A stretch of 64,000 nt of DNA, the filler included, from Stramenopiles sp. TOSAG23-3 (taxonomy: Eukaryota), in the NCBI GenBank assembly GCA_900128585.1. It is 8 parts of 8 records of this genome, joined end to end, with 100 filler letters (N's around TTAATTAATTAA, not from the genome) between each part and the next. Parts side by side here need not be neighbours in the genome. Positions count along the whole stretch, not along the records: positions 62,237 to 64,000 come from LT645424.1; 7 more parts are not named here. One strand, given 5' to 3'. Under the pieces are notes generated by a model that made no database searches, was not told the origin of the DNA, and saw only the letters and a list, made by a program, of their open reading frames with translations. The translations under genes and the position numbers were made by a program. Below are positions 63,936-64,000 of the stretch, piece after piece; position 1 is the first letter of the stretch; each line of letters opens with the position of its first letter.

Positions 63936-64000
63936 GATAATAATTATTAAGAAAGTTCTTTCTTCTTCTATCTTTAAAAAATTATATTTAAATACCACCT

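Overview
Eukaryotic (protist-like, possibly a heterotrophic stramenopile; taxonomy is inference) nuclear DNA in the standard genetic code. Genes are almost intronless and GC-rich, separated by very AT-rich spacers with long (GAA)n/(GAAA)n tracts. The window is not contiguous. Seven 100-nt artificial linkers (N44-TTAATTAATTAA-N44) join eight contigs of about 14 kb and 1.8 kb, so gene neighbourhoods only mean something within a contig. About 30 protein genes are recognisable, including EB1, an MPPED-like phosphoesterase, LicD, METTL21-like and EEF1AKMT4-like methyltransferases, Cgi121, TsaE, VPS13, a JmjC protein, SGF29-like, a polycystin-1-like GPS receptor, SAYSD1, adenylate kinase, NDUFAF8, a mitochondrial carrier, a multi-PDZ protein and importin-7. 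Most notable observations: (1) eukaryotic KEOPS subunit Cgi121 lies head-to-head with a bacterial-type TsaE, two t6A-pathway genes from normally exclusive systems; (2) NDUFAF8 and adenylate kinase are in frame and only 18 nt apart, a candidate for a bicistronic or readthrough unit; (3) one contig of decayed virus-like ORFs includes a CRESS-Rep-like motif II; (4) recurrent non-coding motifs and short dispersed repeats are shared between independent contigs; (5) gene orientation alternates almost strictly, broken by a decayed LRR island. Protein family calls come from recalled motifs, not database searches.
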